From contig JACQCZ010000014.1 of NCBI GenBank assembly GCA_016201405.1, forward strand, positions 106,631 to 170,630: a stretch of 64,000 nt of DNA, written 5' to 3'. Below, piece after piece: positions 28,155 through 37,296 of the stretch (positions are counted from its first letter, which is position 1; every line of letters begins with the position of its first letter). Below the pieces are notes generated by a model. That model saw only the letters and a program-made list of their open reading frames with translations. It was not told the origin of the DNA and searched no databases. The DNA comes from Candidatus Acetothermia bacterium. GTDB taxonomy: Bacteria; Bipolaricaulota; Bipolaricaulia; RBG-16-55-9. A program made the position numbers and the translations under genes.

Positions 28155-30721
28155 TTCGGTTCAGCCAGCTCTGGCCGCTTCTCTTACTGCTTATCCCTAT
28201 CGGACTGCTCCTCTGGCAGTGGGAGGCGCTGAAGCGCTTTACCCTCGGCGACCGCATTTCGTTTGGGGCGCGGCTCGGAGTTGTGGCGCTTGGCATCCTC
28301 GCACTCTCAGGACCGCAATTGTTGAGCTGGACGGAATCGCACTACGTCTATTTTCTGGCAGATCTTTCCAAAAGCGTGAGCCCTCAAGACCGGGGTCAGC
28401 TGCTCTCGGAGCTTCGCGCACTCGCCAAGCCGCAAGAGTACACTCAATACGGCCTGATCGTCTTTGGGGTCAAGCCGTATGTCGAAGCTCCATTCAGCCC
28501 AATGTTAAATTTGAACGAGGTCTTGACGAATGTCGATAGTGAAGGAACAGATTTGCAGGCCGCACTGGAGCTGGCCATGTCAACCTTCCCCCGTGATGGC
28601 AAGAAGACGATTGTGCTTCTTTCCGATGGCCAGCCAAGCCAGGGAGAGACGACAGAGGCGCTGGCCCGCGCCAAACGGGAAGGGGTAGAGATCTTCACTT
28701 TGCCGATGGACCCGCCAGCCTCTGAGTTTTCAATCCAGACGATCCAGGCTCCACAAGAGGTCGCAGTCCAGCTCCCCTTCTCATTCCAGAGCGTCGTCTA
28801 TGCCTCACGATCCAGCACCGGAAAGCTGCTCACATACCGCAATGAGACACTGATTGACACAAAAGATGTCGCTCTGCGTCCTGGGCTCAATTACTTTTCG
28901 TATAGCGACAAAGTGAATGACCCCGGCAGCTATGAGTACCGAGCCGAGCTTGTTGTCGCTGGCGATGCGCTCCCTCAGAACAATCATTATCGCGCATTGG
29001 TCGATGCGATCGGCGATCCGCGCATTCTTCTGGTAGAGAACAATTCTTCAGAGCAAGAATCGGTGATGGGAAAGCTGTTAAAAAACTCTGGCTATGCCTT
29101 CTCCAAAGTGAGCCTGAATGAGCTGGCGCCGACAGCCAGCTCCCTGCTCTCATACCGAGCTGTGATTATGAACGAAGTGCCGCTCAAAGATCTCACGGCA
29201 CGGCAGACCGAATTTCTAGAAAATTATGTGCGCGATCTCGGCGGAGGGCTCTTCCTCGTCCAGGGCAGGCAGTCCGTCGAAGAGTTTTATGACCGCCAGT
29301 TTGAGCAGATGCTGCCCATCACCTATGAAGGTCCGCAAGAGATCCAGCGCCCCGCGCTCGCTTTGGTGATGCTGCTCGACCGCTCCGGCAGCATGGGCGA
29401 GATCGCCGGCGGTGATACCAAGGGCAGCTATATGAAGATCGATCTCTTAAAACAGGCAGCACGAGAGGCCGTCTCCAAGCTCGATGACAACAGCCTTGTC
29501 GGCATCATCGGCTTTGACTCGACCTACGACTGGCTGGTAGACATTGGCCCCGTGAAAGGTCGGAAAGATGAGATTTTAGCTGCAGTTGATAAGCTCTATG
29601 CCAATGGCGGGACAGACATCTATCAGCCTCTCAAAGATGCCGTCGCCCAGTTGCAGAAGCTGACCGCGCGCGTCAAGCACATTCTGGTCTTCTCCGATGG
29701 AAAAGTATCCCAGCAGGGGCGCGATTTCGATCAAATCTTCCAGGAGATTGCCGGCAGCACGATCAGCGCCTCATCCATTGCCATCGGAGCACAAGCCGAT
29801 TTTGACTTCATGTGGAAGCTGGCGGATGCGGGGAGCGGCGCCAAATATCCAGTGGCCGATGCGCGGGATCTGCCACGAATCACGCTGGAAGAGATGGTGC
29901 GGCTGGAACGCGCCCGCTGGGTCAAAGGGCCATTGGGTGTCGAGGCCGGACCCTTTGCAAATCAGCTGACTGGAATTGACCCCAGCACCATCCCCAATGT
30001 CGATGGCTATGTTCTGACGTTTGAGAAGCCAACGGCGCAGACGCAGCTTCAGGTCCGTGCTGACAAAGATCATGCAGACCCTCTGGTGAGTCAGTGGCAC
30101 TATGGTCTGGGCAAGGTCTTTGTGCTCAACACCAGCTTTGAAGGCGAAGGCCTGGAGCGCTGGAAGTCCTGGAGCGGACTGGGCGAGCTGAGCTCTGAGA
30201 TTCTGAGCCAGGTCTACAGCGAGAGCACCATCAAGCCCAAAGAGCTAGCCGTCTGGACAGATTCTTCTAACTCAACGCTGAGCGTCCATGTTGAAGCGGA
30301 CCGCGACGGCAAATGGCTGGATCAATTGGTAATGAATGGGCAACTCAACACACCGGATGGCAAGTCAATTCCTCTCGACTTGGAACAGACGGGACCAGGG
30401 ACCTATCAGGCCACCGTAAAAGATCTGAGCGAAGGCGTCTATCTGCTCAATTTGGGTGAAGATTCACTCGGTCAAGTCCAAGAGGCTGTCCAGATTCCCT
30501 ATGCAGCGGAGTACAAAAAGATTGGGCTGAATGAGCCACTTTTGCAACAGATCGCAGAAGTGACTGGAGGAGAATATCTTGAGAATCCAGATCGCTTGCA
30601 AGGCCTGTTGCAGGGCCGGACACTGATCTACCGGGATATCTGGCAGGAGATTTTATTGGCAGCCCTCTTCTTCTTTCTGGCCGATCTGGCTCTGAGAAAA
30701 GTGCCTTTTCTGCACGCTTAA
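28151..30721 (+). CDS. BatB-like membrane protein with two VWA domains
   Basis: About 856 aa from ATG 28151 (ATGA overlap); N-terminal TM, two MIDAS-like motifs (DLSKS and DRSGS), C-terminal TM anchor. Confidence 0.7.
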   Translation: MIRFSQLWPLLLLLIPIGLLLWQWEALKRFTLGDRISFGARLGVVALGILALSGPQLLSWTESHYVYFLADLSKSVSPQDRGQLLSELRALAKPQEYTQYGLIVFGVKPYVEAPFSPMLNLNEVLTNVDSEGTDLQAALELAMSTFPRDGKKTIVLLSDGQPSQGETTEALARAKREGVEIFTLPMDPPASEFSIQTIQAPQEVAVQLPFSFQSVVYASRSSTGKLLTYRNETLIDTKDVALRPGLNYFSYSDKVNDPGSYEYRAELVVAGDALPQNNHYRALVDAIGDPRILLVENNSSEQESVMGKLLKNSGYAFSKVSLNELAPTASSLLSYRAVIMNEVPLKDLTARQTEFLENYVRDLGGGLFLVQGRQSVEEFYDRQFEQMLPITYEGPQEIQRPALALVMLLDRSGSMGEIAGGDTKGSYMKIDLLKQAAREAVSKLDDNSLVGIIGFDSTYDWLVDIGPVKGRKDEILAAVDKLYANGGTDIYQPLKDAVAQLQKLTARVKHILVFSDGKVSQQGRDFDQIFQEIAGSTISASSIAIGAQADFDFMWKLADAGSGAKYPVADARDLPRITLEEMVRLERARWVKGPLGVEAGPFANQLTGIDPSTIPNVDGYVLTFEKPTAQTQLQVRADKDHADPLVSQWHYGLGKVFVLNTSFEGEGLERWKSWSGLGELSSEILSQVYSESTIKPKELAVWTDSSNSTLSVHVEADRDGKWLDQLVMNGQLNTPDGKSIPLDLEQTGPGTYQATVKDLSEGVYLLNLGEDSLGQVQEAVQIPYAAEYKKIGLNEPLLQQIAEVTGGEYLENPDRLQGLLQGRTLIYRDIWQEILLAALFFFLADLALRKVPFLHA

Positions 30722-31299
30722 TCAGGCTCAATGATCTTCGCGCTGGGCCGCTCTCTCCCCAATTCGCGCCGCAGCTCGGGGCCAATCTTCTGACCAAAGA
30801 CAACGACCATCTTTTCACTATGAAGGGGCTTCTCGAGCTGGTGCAGCTGATGAAGCAACTGACTTGTCCTTTCGGCAGTCGAAGGGATTTCCGCTAATAT
30901 AATGTTGTATTCATCTCCAACGACGAAGGCAACGGCATTATCCAGGGGGACTTCGGCTAGCTCGATATCGGGCAACTCGCCTGCAACTCTGTGATGGAAT
31001 GCATTGCCCCAGTCTATAAACGGCGTGCGCCAAGGCTCTCCGGAAAGATCGCTCATCAGGAGCTCCCTGATTGTCTTATCGGGCTGTAAAGCATAGCGCA
31101 GTGCGCTGGCCGGGCTCTTCAATCTGGAAAAGAGCATATAGAGCGCAAGAGCTCCGACGACAATCGCTATTCCCCCTACCAAAGAGCCCTCACTCAACGG
31201 CTCCGAAGTAAGCAGCAGATAGATGCCAAAGAGCGGCGTAATCAAGTACGTCACCATGCGGATGAGAAAGCGCTTGCGCGATCCAAATTCAGGTCGCAT
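30718..31299 (-). CDS. hypothetical membrane protein
   Basis: Two N-terminal TM helices and a cytoplasmic domain; start uncertain (the ORF extends to 31338 and overlaps the rhomboid gene). Confidence 0.4.
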   Translation of the reverse strand: MRPEFGSRKRFLIRMVTYLITPLFGIYLLLTSEPLSEGSLVGGIAIVVGALALYMLFSRLKSPASALRYALQPDKTIRELLMSDLSGEPWRTPFIDWGNAFHHRVAGELPDIELAEVPLDNAVAFVVGDEYNIILAEIPSTAERTSQLLHQLHQLEKPLHSEKMVVVFGQKIGPELRRELGRERPSAKIIEPD

Positions 31300-31303
31300 A
31301 GAG

Positions 31304-32047
31304 TCAAACAGGGCTGGGTGGGCTTGGCCTTTTTGCAAAGAAGCGCACGAAGAGCAAGCCTGTTATGAAGCCGCCAATGTGAGCCATATAGGCAATACCA
31401 CCCCCCTGAATTGCACCACCTCCAAGCAGAGAGCTAATCACTTGCAGCAAGAACCAGAAGCCCAAGACAATCATCGCTGGCATCTCGATCAACTGCACGA
31501 TGACAAAGAGGAAGAGAATTGTGAGAACGCGGGCAAAGGGATACAGGAGCAGGTATGCACCCAAGACCCCGGCAATCGCTCCGCTTGCCCCCACCATCGG
31601 GCTCACACTATGGGTGTTCGTCAGAATCTGCGCAATCGCTGCCACTAAGCCAGCCATGAAGTAGAAGAGTGCAAAGCGCACTTTGCCCATGGCATCTTCT
31701 ACATTGTCGCCAAAGATCCATAGAAACCACATATTACTCGCAATGTGCAGAATGTCTCCGTGCAAAAACATGGATGAAAAAAGCTTCATCCAGACTGGAA
31801 AATCTGTGACAGAAAAGAGGGGACAGTTGGACAGAATCTCACAGGGCGTCAGTCCGTATTTGTAGATAAAGTAGTCGTAGTGTGAGATCACGCCGACTTC
31901 GCCGCCAATTTGCACGCGAACTTTGGAGGGATTCTGCCCCATAACCAGCGCCTGATAGAGAAAGACAATCACGTTGATGGCAATAATGAGTACCGTGACC
32001 CAGGGAAAGGACTGGCTACGTCTATAATCCCGCAATGGGAAGAGCAA
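31304..32047 (-). CDS. rhomboid family intramembrane serine protease
   Basis: 247 aa; catalytic Ser in GASGAIAGVLGAY and His in AHIGGF; 6-7 TM helices. Confidence 0.85.
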   Translation of the reverse strand: MLFPLRDYRRSQSFPWVTVLIIAINVIVFLYQALVMGQNPSKVRVQIGGEVGVISHYDYFIYKYGLTPCEILSNCPLFSVTDFPVWMKLFSSMFLHGDILHIASNMWFLWIFGDNVEDAMGKVRFALFYFMAGLVAAIAQILTNTHSVSPMVGASGAIAGVLGAYLLLYPFARVLTILFLFVIVQLIEMPAMIVLGFWFLLQVISSLLGGGAIQGGGIAYMAHIGGFITGLLFVRFFAKRPSPPSPV

Positions 32048-32141
32048 AAGTCCACCTCCTGGTCATTCGTAACTTAGCTCAATGTACAGATCGAATTCAT
32101 TGGCTTCAAGTTGTACAATGCGGCACATAAGGAGACCCATG

Positions 32142-32537
32142 AAGCAAGGAGCCGTCATCAAATTTATTGCGCGCTGGGTAGTGGCCACAATCTCCATCTA
32201 CGCCATCGCTTGGCTCTTTCCGGGCATCATCCAGATTGATGACTTCTCAACAGCGATTTGGGCGGGATTGGCTCTTGGTTTTCTCAACGCAATTGTGAGA
32301 CCCATTCTCATTGTTTTTACGCTGCCAGCCACAATTCTAACCCTTGGGCTTTTTATTCTCGTGATCAATGCTCTAATGCTCTATCTTGTAGGCGCGCTGG
32401 TGGCTGGAGTTCATGTGACTAGCTTTGGCTCAGCATTTTTGGGAGCACTGCTCATCAGCATTCTCTCCTCTGTTATTCACTTCGTATTGTTCCCTGAGGA
32501 GCGCCGCCTGCACGTACAGATCAAGCGAAACTTGTAA
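32142..32537 (+). CDS. DUF360 / phage-holin-family 4-TM membrane protein
   Basis: Four TM helices with conserved NAIVRPILIVFTLP pattern. Start chosen at MKQGAV; the ORF starts at 32082. Confidence 0.55.
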   Translation, partial: KQGAVIKFIARWVVATISIYAIAWLFPGIIQIDDFSTAIWAGLALGFLNAIVRPILIVFTLPATILTLGLFILVINALMLYLVGALVAGVHVTSFGSAFLGALLISILSSVIHFVLFPEERRLHVQIKRNL

Positions 32538-32558
32538 CATTTCTGGCTAAGATTCTCA

Positions 32559-33239
32559 CTAGGACGCCAAGCGACTAGCCAAAAGCACAGTATAGATCAG
32601 ATAAATCGCGCTTCCCCACATAATGAGAGCTGAGACTTTATTAAGAGCTCTTCTGATTTGTGGAAACGATCCCACCCACCGCCCTGCGATAGCCAGAATG
32701 AAGAACCAGAGCCACGAGACAAAGATGCAGGCCAGCACAAAGCCAATCTTTTCACTCGGCTGATATTGAATAGAGCTCGTTCCAATCACGCCAATGGTGT
32801 CAAGAATCGCATGAGGATTGAGGAGCGACACAGACATCGAAAATAATATCAGCCGAGTGATGGGCCATGGGTTTTGAGTCAAGCCACTCTGCGTGTCGTT
32901 TAAGACATTTTGGACGTCGCATTGGTCATCTGTTGAGGCGACCGATGGGGCGGGCGTGTCACTCTTCCAAGTCATCCAGCCGATGTATCCCAGGAATAAG
33001 ACCCCAACACCCACAAGCAGAAGTTTGACCCACGAAAATGTCAAGACGACAGCCGAGATTCCCAGCACCGCAATCAAGATCAAAAATGTATCGCAGAGTG
33101 AGGCGGTGATGATGACCGGAATGACGCGGACAAATTTGGGCTGAATCGCGCCCTGGGTAAGCACAAATAAATTTTGGGCTCCCAGTGGCAAAATGAGCCC
33201 AAGCGCGAGAAGAAAGCCATGGACTGCGGCTGTAATCAT
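32559..33239 (-). CDS. LysE/ArgO family amino acid exporter
   Basis: 226 aa; LysE-type N-terminus (LGLILPLGAQNLFVLTQG) and 6-TM topology. Confidence 0.75.
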   Translation of the reverse strand: MITAAVHGFLLALGLILPLGAQNLFVLTQGAIQPKFVRVIPVIITASLCDTFLILIAVLGISAVVLTFSWVKLLLVGVGVLFLGYIGWMTWKSDTPAPSVASTDDQCDVQNVLNDTQSGLTQNPWPITRLILFSMSVSLLNPHAILDTIGVIGTSSIQYQPSEKIGFVLACIFVSWLWFFILAIAGRWVGSFPQIRRALNKVSALIMWGSAIYLIYTVLLASRLAS

Positions 33240-33297
33240 GCTCTATAGTAGTGAGTTTGGGAGATTCTTCAATCTCGAGGGAGTAAAATAAAAGCCT

Positions 33298-33774
33298 ATG
33301 AAGATCTGGAATTTTGCATTCGGCTCGCATCTGGATCTGGGGCGCTATGCAGAGATCATTGAAGGAAAGCCTGCACAGCGCATGAAGGCAATACTACGAG
33401 ATCATCGGCTCACGGCGTCGGCACTGACTCGATTCCCCAAAGAGCATGAGGATCTGGCAGGAACTGGCGGCGGGCCGCGATTTATTCCACAACAGGAAAG
33501 TCAAGTCTATGGCGTGCTCTATGAGATTGACTCCAAACAATGGGCGCTCCTGGATCAGTACGAGCGGGCCTGGGCTTATGAGAGTCTTCCAGTCGAAGCG
33601 CAAACCGAGAATGGCAGAATAGTAAAAGCCCTTGCTCACAATCTGGTGGAGTTCGGAAGATTCTCTCCCCCTTCGGATCAATTTCTGAAATATATGGCGC
33701 ACGGGTTACGCGATCTGGGATACTCAGAGAAAATTATTGAAGAAGTGCGAAATTCAGTTTTGCTGCCGATATGA
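33298..33774 (+). CDS. gamma-glutamylcyclotransferase (AIG2/GGCT-like) family protein
   Basis: 158 aa; N-terminal FAFGSHL (YGS/T-x-L type motif) and conserved Glu in GVLYEID. Confidence 0.6.
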   Translation: MKIWNFAFGSHLDLGRYAEIIEGKPAQRMKAILRDHRLTASALTRFPKEHEDLAGTGGGPRFIPQQESQVYGVLYEIDSKQWALLDQYERAWAYESLPVEAQTENGRIVKALAHNLVEFGRFSPPSDQFLKYMAHGLRDLGYSEKIIEEVRNSVLLPI

Positions 33775-33815
33775 AATTTGCCGTACCACTGCATGACACT
33801 GTACGTTGTTAATCA

Positions 33816-34052
33816 ATGCCGACTGTGCTCAAAGTGGGGCCGTATCGATTCTTCTTTTACGCAGGAGATCGAGGTGAGCCTCCGCATGTTCATGTCGAAC
33901 ACGACGATAAGATCGCGAAGTTTTGGCTTGATCCAATCCGAATGCACAGAAGTGGAGGATTTTCTAGGGCCGAGGTGAGCAGAATTCAGAAACTGGCAGG
34001 CACGCATCAAAAGAGATTGCTGGAGGCATGGAATGAGTACTTCTCCAATTGA
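33816..34052 (+). CDS. DUF4160 family protein
   Basis: 78 aa; PPHVHVEHDDKIAKFWLDP pattern; overlaps the next gene by 20 nt. Confidence 0.6.
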   Translation: MPTVLKVGPYRFFFYAGDRGEPPHVHVEHDDKIAKFWLDPIRMHRSGGFSRAEVSRIQKLAGTHQKRLLEAWNEYFSN

Positions 34053-34356
34053 GATCACAATTCCATTCGCACAGAATGTGACGATTTCAGCCGACACATT
34101 GAGTGTCGAGCTGAGCGATGGGCGCACAATTTCAGTACCACTCACTTGGTTTCCCAGACTTGTCCAGGCAACAGCTAAAGAGCGCAAGAACTGGAGATGG
34201 ATTGGCCAGGGAGAAGGTATCCACTGGGAAGAACTCGACGAAGATATCAGTGTCGAGAATCTGTTGACTGGAAAACCTTCAGGCGAGAGTCAGGCTTCCT
34301 TTAAGAAGTGGCTCGCCAAACGCGCACCCCGACAGATTGAACGCGGTAATAAATAG
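34033..34356 (+). CDS. DUF2442 family protein
   Basis: 107 aa; typical partner of DUF4160 (LSVELSDGRTISVPLTWFPRL). Confidence 0.6.
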   Translation: MSTSPIEITIPFAQNVTISADTLSVELSDGRTISVPLTWFPRLVQATAKERKNWRWIGQGEGIHWEELDEDISVENLLTGKPSGESQASFKKWLAKRAPRQIERGNK

Positions 34357-34401
34357 CCCACTAGGGCTGCAGGCAAAGCCCACAGCCCCAGTGGCACATG
34401 C

Positions 34402-34617
34402 TTAGCTACTACAACAGCCGTCGGAGCAGCAGCCGGGTGGACAACAGTCCACGCAGCACTTTTCATCCTTACCCGATGCAGGCTGCTGGGCTGCCGTCGC
34501 CCTGCTGCTCGCTGCCGCGACTCCTAGCGCGCCCAAGGCCAGCACAGAAGCAGTCTGACCCAGTTTGTGCAGGAAGGAGCGGCGGTCTGCTCTCTCGTCC
34601 AGCGAAGCGGCATTCAT
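34402..34617 (-). CDS. small Tat-signal secreted protein with C-terminal four vicinal-Cys pairs
   Basis: 71 aa; RRSFLHKLG twin-arginine motif, hydrophobic region, then CCVDCCPPGCCSDGCC; 16 nt downstream of the ArsR gene on the same strand. Confidence 0.5.
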   Translation of the reverse strand: MNAASLDERADRRSFLHKLGQTASVLALGALGVAAASSRATAAQQPASGKDEKCCVDCCPPGCCSDGCCSS

Positions 34618-34633
34618 AAGAAATTCCCCCTTT

Positions 34634-35053
34634 CTATGATTGAGATTGCCGAGAACAGCAGCAGCACGCTGGCTGCTCCGGCTTTGAACTGAGATTATGG
34701 GAAAGCTCTTCCCATTGTCTTGAGAACTTCGATGAGATCTCGAAATAACTCCATCTCCCTTCTCGCTGATTCTCTAATATGCCAGCCTGTACGAGCTGAT
34801 TGAGATGATGAATCACCGTAGAGTGCGAAAGCTCAAAGGCAGACTCAATCTCACAGCCGCAGAGCCGGCCATACTGCCGGACCAATTTGAAGATGGCCAG
34901 CCGATTTTTATCAGCCAAAGCGACCATGGTTCCCAAATCCACGGCAAAGCAGGAGTCATGGGTCAGCCCTTTTACGGCTTGCCGAAAGTCTGCGCTGCAA
35001 CAGCGCGCATCTTCATGAAGCTTCGAGAGTCTCTCTTTTAGCTCATTTTTCAT
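34634..35053 (-). CDS. ArsR/SmtB family metalloregulatory transcription factor
   Basis: ArsR HTH with LCGCEIE metal-site-like motif and C-terminal CCCC cluster. Start chosen at MKNELK (GAGGAG RBS upstream); the ORF extends to 35203. Confidence 0.7.
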   Translation of the reverse strand: MKNELKERLSKLHEDARCCSADFRQAVKGLTHDSCFAVDLGTMVALADKNRLAIFKLVRQYGRLCGCEIESAFELSHSTVIHHLNQLVQAGILENQREGRWSYFEISSKFSRQWEELSHNLSSKPEQPACCCCSRQSQS

Positions 35054-35065
35054 TGTGGCTCTCCT

Positions 35066-35087
35066 CATGTCGATATAAATAGACATG
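35066..35087. promoter_or_regulatory. perfect palindrome CATGTC-N10-GACATG upstream of the ArsR-family gene; candidate autoregulatory operator
   Basis: 6-bp arms, AT-rich 10-nt spacer (gatataaata), directly upstream of the RBS. Confidence 0.45.
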
Positions 35088-35180
35088 GAAGAATAGCACC
35101 AAGAGCTCCATGTTGTCAAGCCAGGGTGTTTGTGCGGGTCGATTTCTAGATAACATGTCCAGTGGTACAATGTCATCGAA

Positions 35181-35774
35181 ATGAACGAGATCCCAAAAGC
35201 CAAATTCTTCCGATCTCAAGCTCAATTGCATGCGTGGTTTGTCAAAAACCACACCGATACAACAGAAGTCTGGATTGGATTTTACAAGAAGGGCTCTGAC
35301 AAAAAGGGAGTCAGCTATTCAGAAGCCGTCGATGAAGCTCTCTCTTTCGGCTGGATCGATGGCATCATGAAGAGCATAGACGAGATCAGCTATGCCAATC
35401 GCTTCACGCCGCGAAGAGCGCGCAGCAACTGGAGCGAAGCCAATATCAAGCGTGTGGCCGAGCTTAGAAAACTGGGACGCATGCAACCATCCGGTCTTAA
35501 AGCTTTTCAAATGCGCGATGCGAAGAAGCCCGCCCAATATTCATACGAAAAGAGCTTCACGCTGGATTCAAAGTACTTAAAAGAGTTTAAGAAGAACAAG
35601 AGTGCCTGGGCATCCATTCAAGCTCAATCTGCTACCTATCAGCGCTCAGCAAGCTGGTGGGTGATGAGTGCAAAGCGAGAGGAGACACGCCTCAGGCGTC
35701 TAGCAATACTGATTGCTGACTCAGAGAATGGACGCAGAATCAGAGAGTTGACGCGTCCTGTCAAACCGAAGTAA
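35181..35774 (+). CDS. YdeI/OmpD-associated family protein
   Basis: 197 aa; WFVKNH...EVWIGFYKK...EALSFGWIDG and C-terminal RLRRLAILI pattern. Confidence 0.6.
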   Translation: MNEIPKAKFFRSQAQLHAWFVKNHTDTTEVWIGFYKKGSDKKGVSYSEAVDEALSFGWIDGIMKSIDEISYANRFTPRRARSNWSEANIKRVAELRKLGRMQPSGLKAFQMRDAKKPAQYSYEKSFTLDSKYLKEFKKNKSAWASIQAQSATYQRSASWWVMSAKREETRLRRLAILIADSENGRRIRELTRPVKPK

Positions 35775-35821
35775 ATAAGTATACTAGTTCGGAACAATCC
35801 ACAAGAAAGGGGAGAAGTATT

Positions 35822-36613
35822 GTGCCAAGGAAGCTCGTTCTATTGGCTCTGCTAAGCTTGGTATTTGGATTAGCAGGTATTCCAATTCTATCCGCACAAT
35901 CATCACAGCCATCCGCAGAAATCACCGTTGCCGCCGCCTCCAATTTGACGAACGCCTTTATGGCCATCGCGGACCAGTTCCAGAGTGCTACCGGAATCAA
36001 AGTGACTCTTAGCTTTGGCTCTACCGGAAGCCTCTCACAGCAGATCAGGAATGGAGCGCCCTTTGATCTCTTTGCCGCAGCCGATGTGGCCACGGTCGAT
36101 TCGCTAGTTCAAGGGGATTTTATTCTTCCAGAGAGTGAGAAATTGTACGCACGCGGAAAGCTCATCATCTGGTGGACTGCAGACAGCACAGTTCAAGTGA
36201 CAAAACTGGATGATCTGCTCGACCCGAAAATTGGTCGAATCGCCATCGCCAATCCTGATGTTGCTCCATACGGCGCCGCTGCCAAAGATACATTGATCGC
36301 AGCGGGTCTCTGGGATGTCTTGCAGCCAAAGATCGTCATAGCCGACAACGTCACGGCTACCAAACAAGTGGTAGCCACGGGTAATGCCGAAGTCGCCTTT
36401 ATTCCGATCTCTCTTGTAACACCTGGGAGAGACGGCTTCTTCGCTATTAGCGGCCAACTGCACAAGCCGCTCGATCAGGCTCTTGGTATTCTAAAGACAT
36501 CAACCCATCAAGATGCCGCACAACAGTTCATCACATTTTTGACAACGGGCGTGGGACGCGTAATTCTAGAAGACTACTGGTACAGCGCTCCCTGTGCTGA
36601 TCCATCTCTATGA
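35822..36613 (+). CDS. modA: molybdate ABC transporter substrate-binding protein
   Basis: 263 aa; signal peptide and ModA motifs (AAASNLTNAF, SFGSTGSL, FAAAD). Confidence 0.9.
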   Translation: MPRKLVLLALLSLVFGLAGIPILSAQSSQPSAEITVAAASNLTNAFMAIADQFQSATGIKVTLSFGSTGSLSQQIRNGAPFDLFAAADVATVDSLVQGDFILPESEKLYARGKLIIWWTADSTVQVTKLDDLLDPKIGRIAIANPDVAPYGAAAKDTLIAAGLWDVLQPKIVIADNVTATKQVVATGNAEVAFIPISLVTPGRDGFFAISGQLHKPLDQALGILKTSTHQDAAQQFITFLTTGVGRVILEDYWYSAPCADPSL

Positions 36614-37293
36614 GTCTCCCTTTCTGGAATGATATAGACTGGTTTCCGATCCAGCTCTCGTTTCGTGTCGCTGCGATCGCGACGTTTATTGCGCTTGTCG
36701 TCGGTCTGTCGTGTGGCTGGCTGCTGGCACGCAAGCGCTTCTGGGGCAAGGAATTTTTGGATTCGCTCATCACACTTCCTCTCGTTCTGCCACCGACTGT
36801 GCTGGGTTATTATCTGCTGGTGATGCTGGGGAACCGCAGCCCCATTGGGCAATTTATTCAAAATACGTTCGGGACACGCCTCACATTTACAGTGACAGCC
36901 GCTGTGATTGCCGCCTCGATTCATGCATTGCCTCTGTTTGTCAAAGCTGTGCGTGCTGCATTTGAACAGGTCTCACCGCAACTTGAACAAGCAGCGAGGC
37001 TGATGGGGGCTTCCGAGTGGCGCGTCTTTCGCACCGTAACTCTTCCACTCGGAGCACGAACTGTGCTGGCAGCGACGACGCTGGCCTTTGCCAGAGCGCT
37101 TGGCGATTTTGGCGTCACGATTATGATTGCAGGGAACATTCCCGGCAAGACCCAAACCGCCGCCGTCGCCATCTATGATGCTGTACAAGCCGGCAAGGAT
37201 GCACAGGCCGGGGCGCTGGTGTTAATCGTTTCCATACTGGCCATTCTGCTTCTCTATATCACCAACCGCATCAGTGCCAAGGCTCTCTGGTAG
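36610..37293 (+). CDS. modB: molybdate ABC transporter permease
   Basis: 227 aa; ABC permease EAA-type loop (AARLMGASEWRVFRTVTLPL). Confidence 0.9.
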   Translation: MSLPFWNDIDWFPIQLSFRVAAIATFIALVVGLSCGWLLARKRFWGKEFLDSLITLPLVLPPTVLGYYLLVMLGNRSPIGQFIQNTFGTRLTFTVTAAVIAASIHALPLFVKAVRAAFEQVSPQLEQAARLMGASEWRVFRTVTLPLGARTVLAATTLAFARALGDFGVTIMIAGNIPGKTQTAAVAIYDAVQAGKDAQAGALVLIVSILAILLLYITNRISAKALW

Positions 37294-37296
37294 GCT

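Noticed and set aside
32142-32537. Prophage suggested by a holin-family (DUF360) gene
   Set aside because: No terminase, capsid, tail, integrase or lysin genes nearby; DUF360 proteins are widespread stand-alone membrane proteins.
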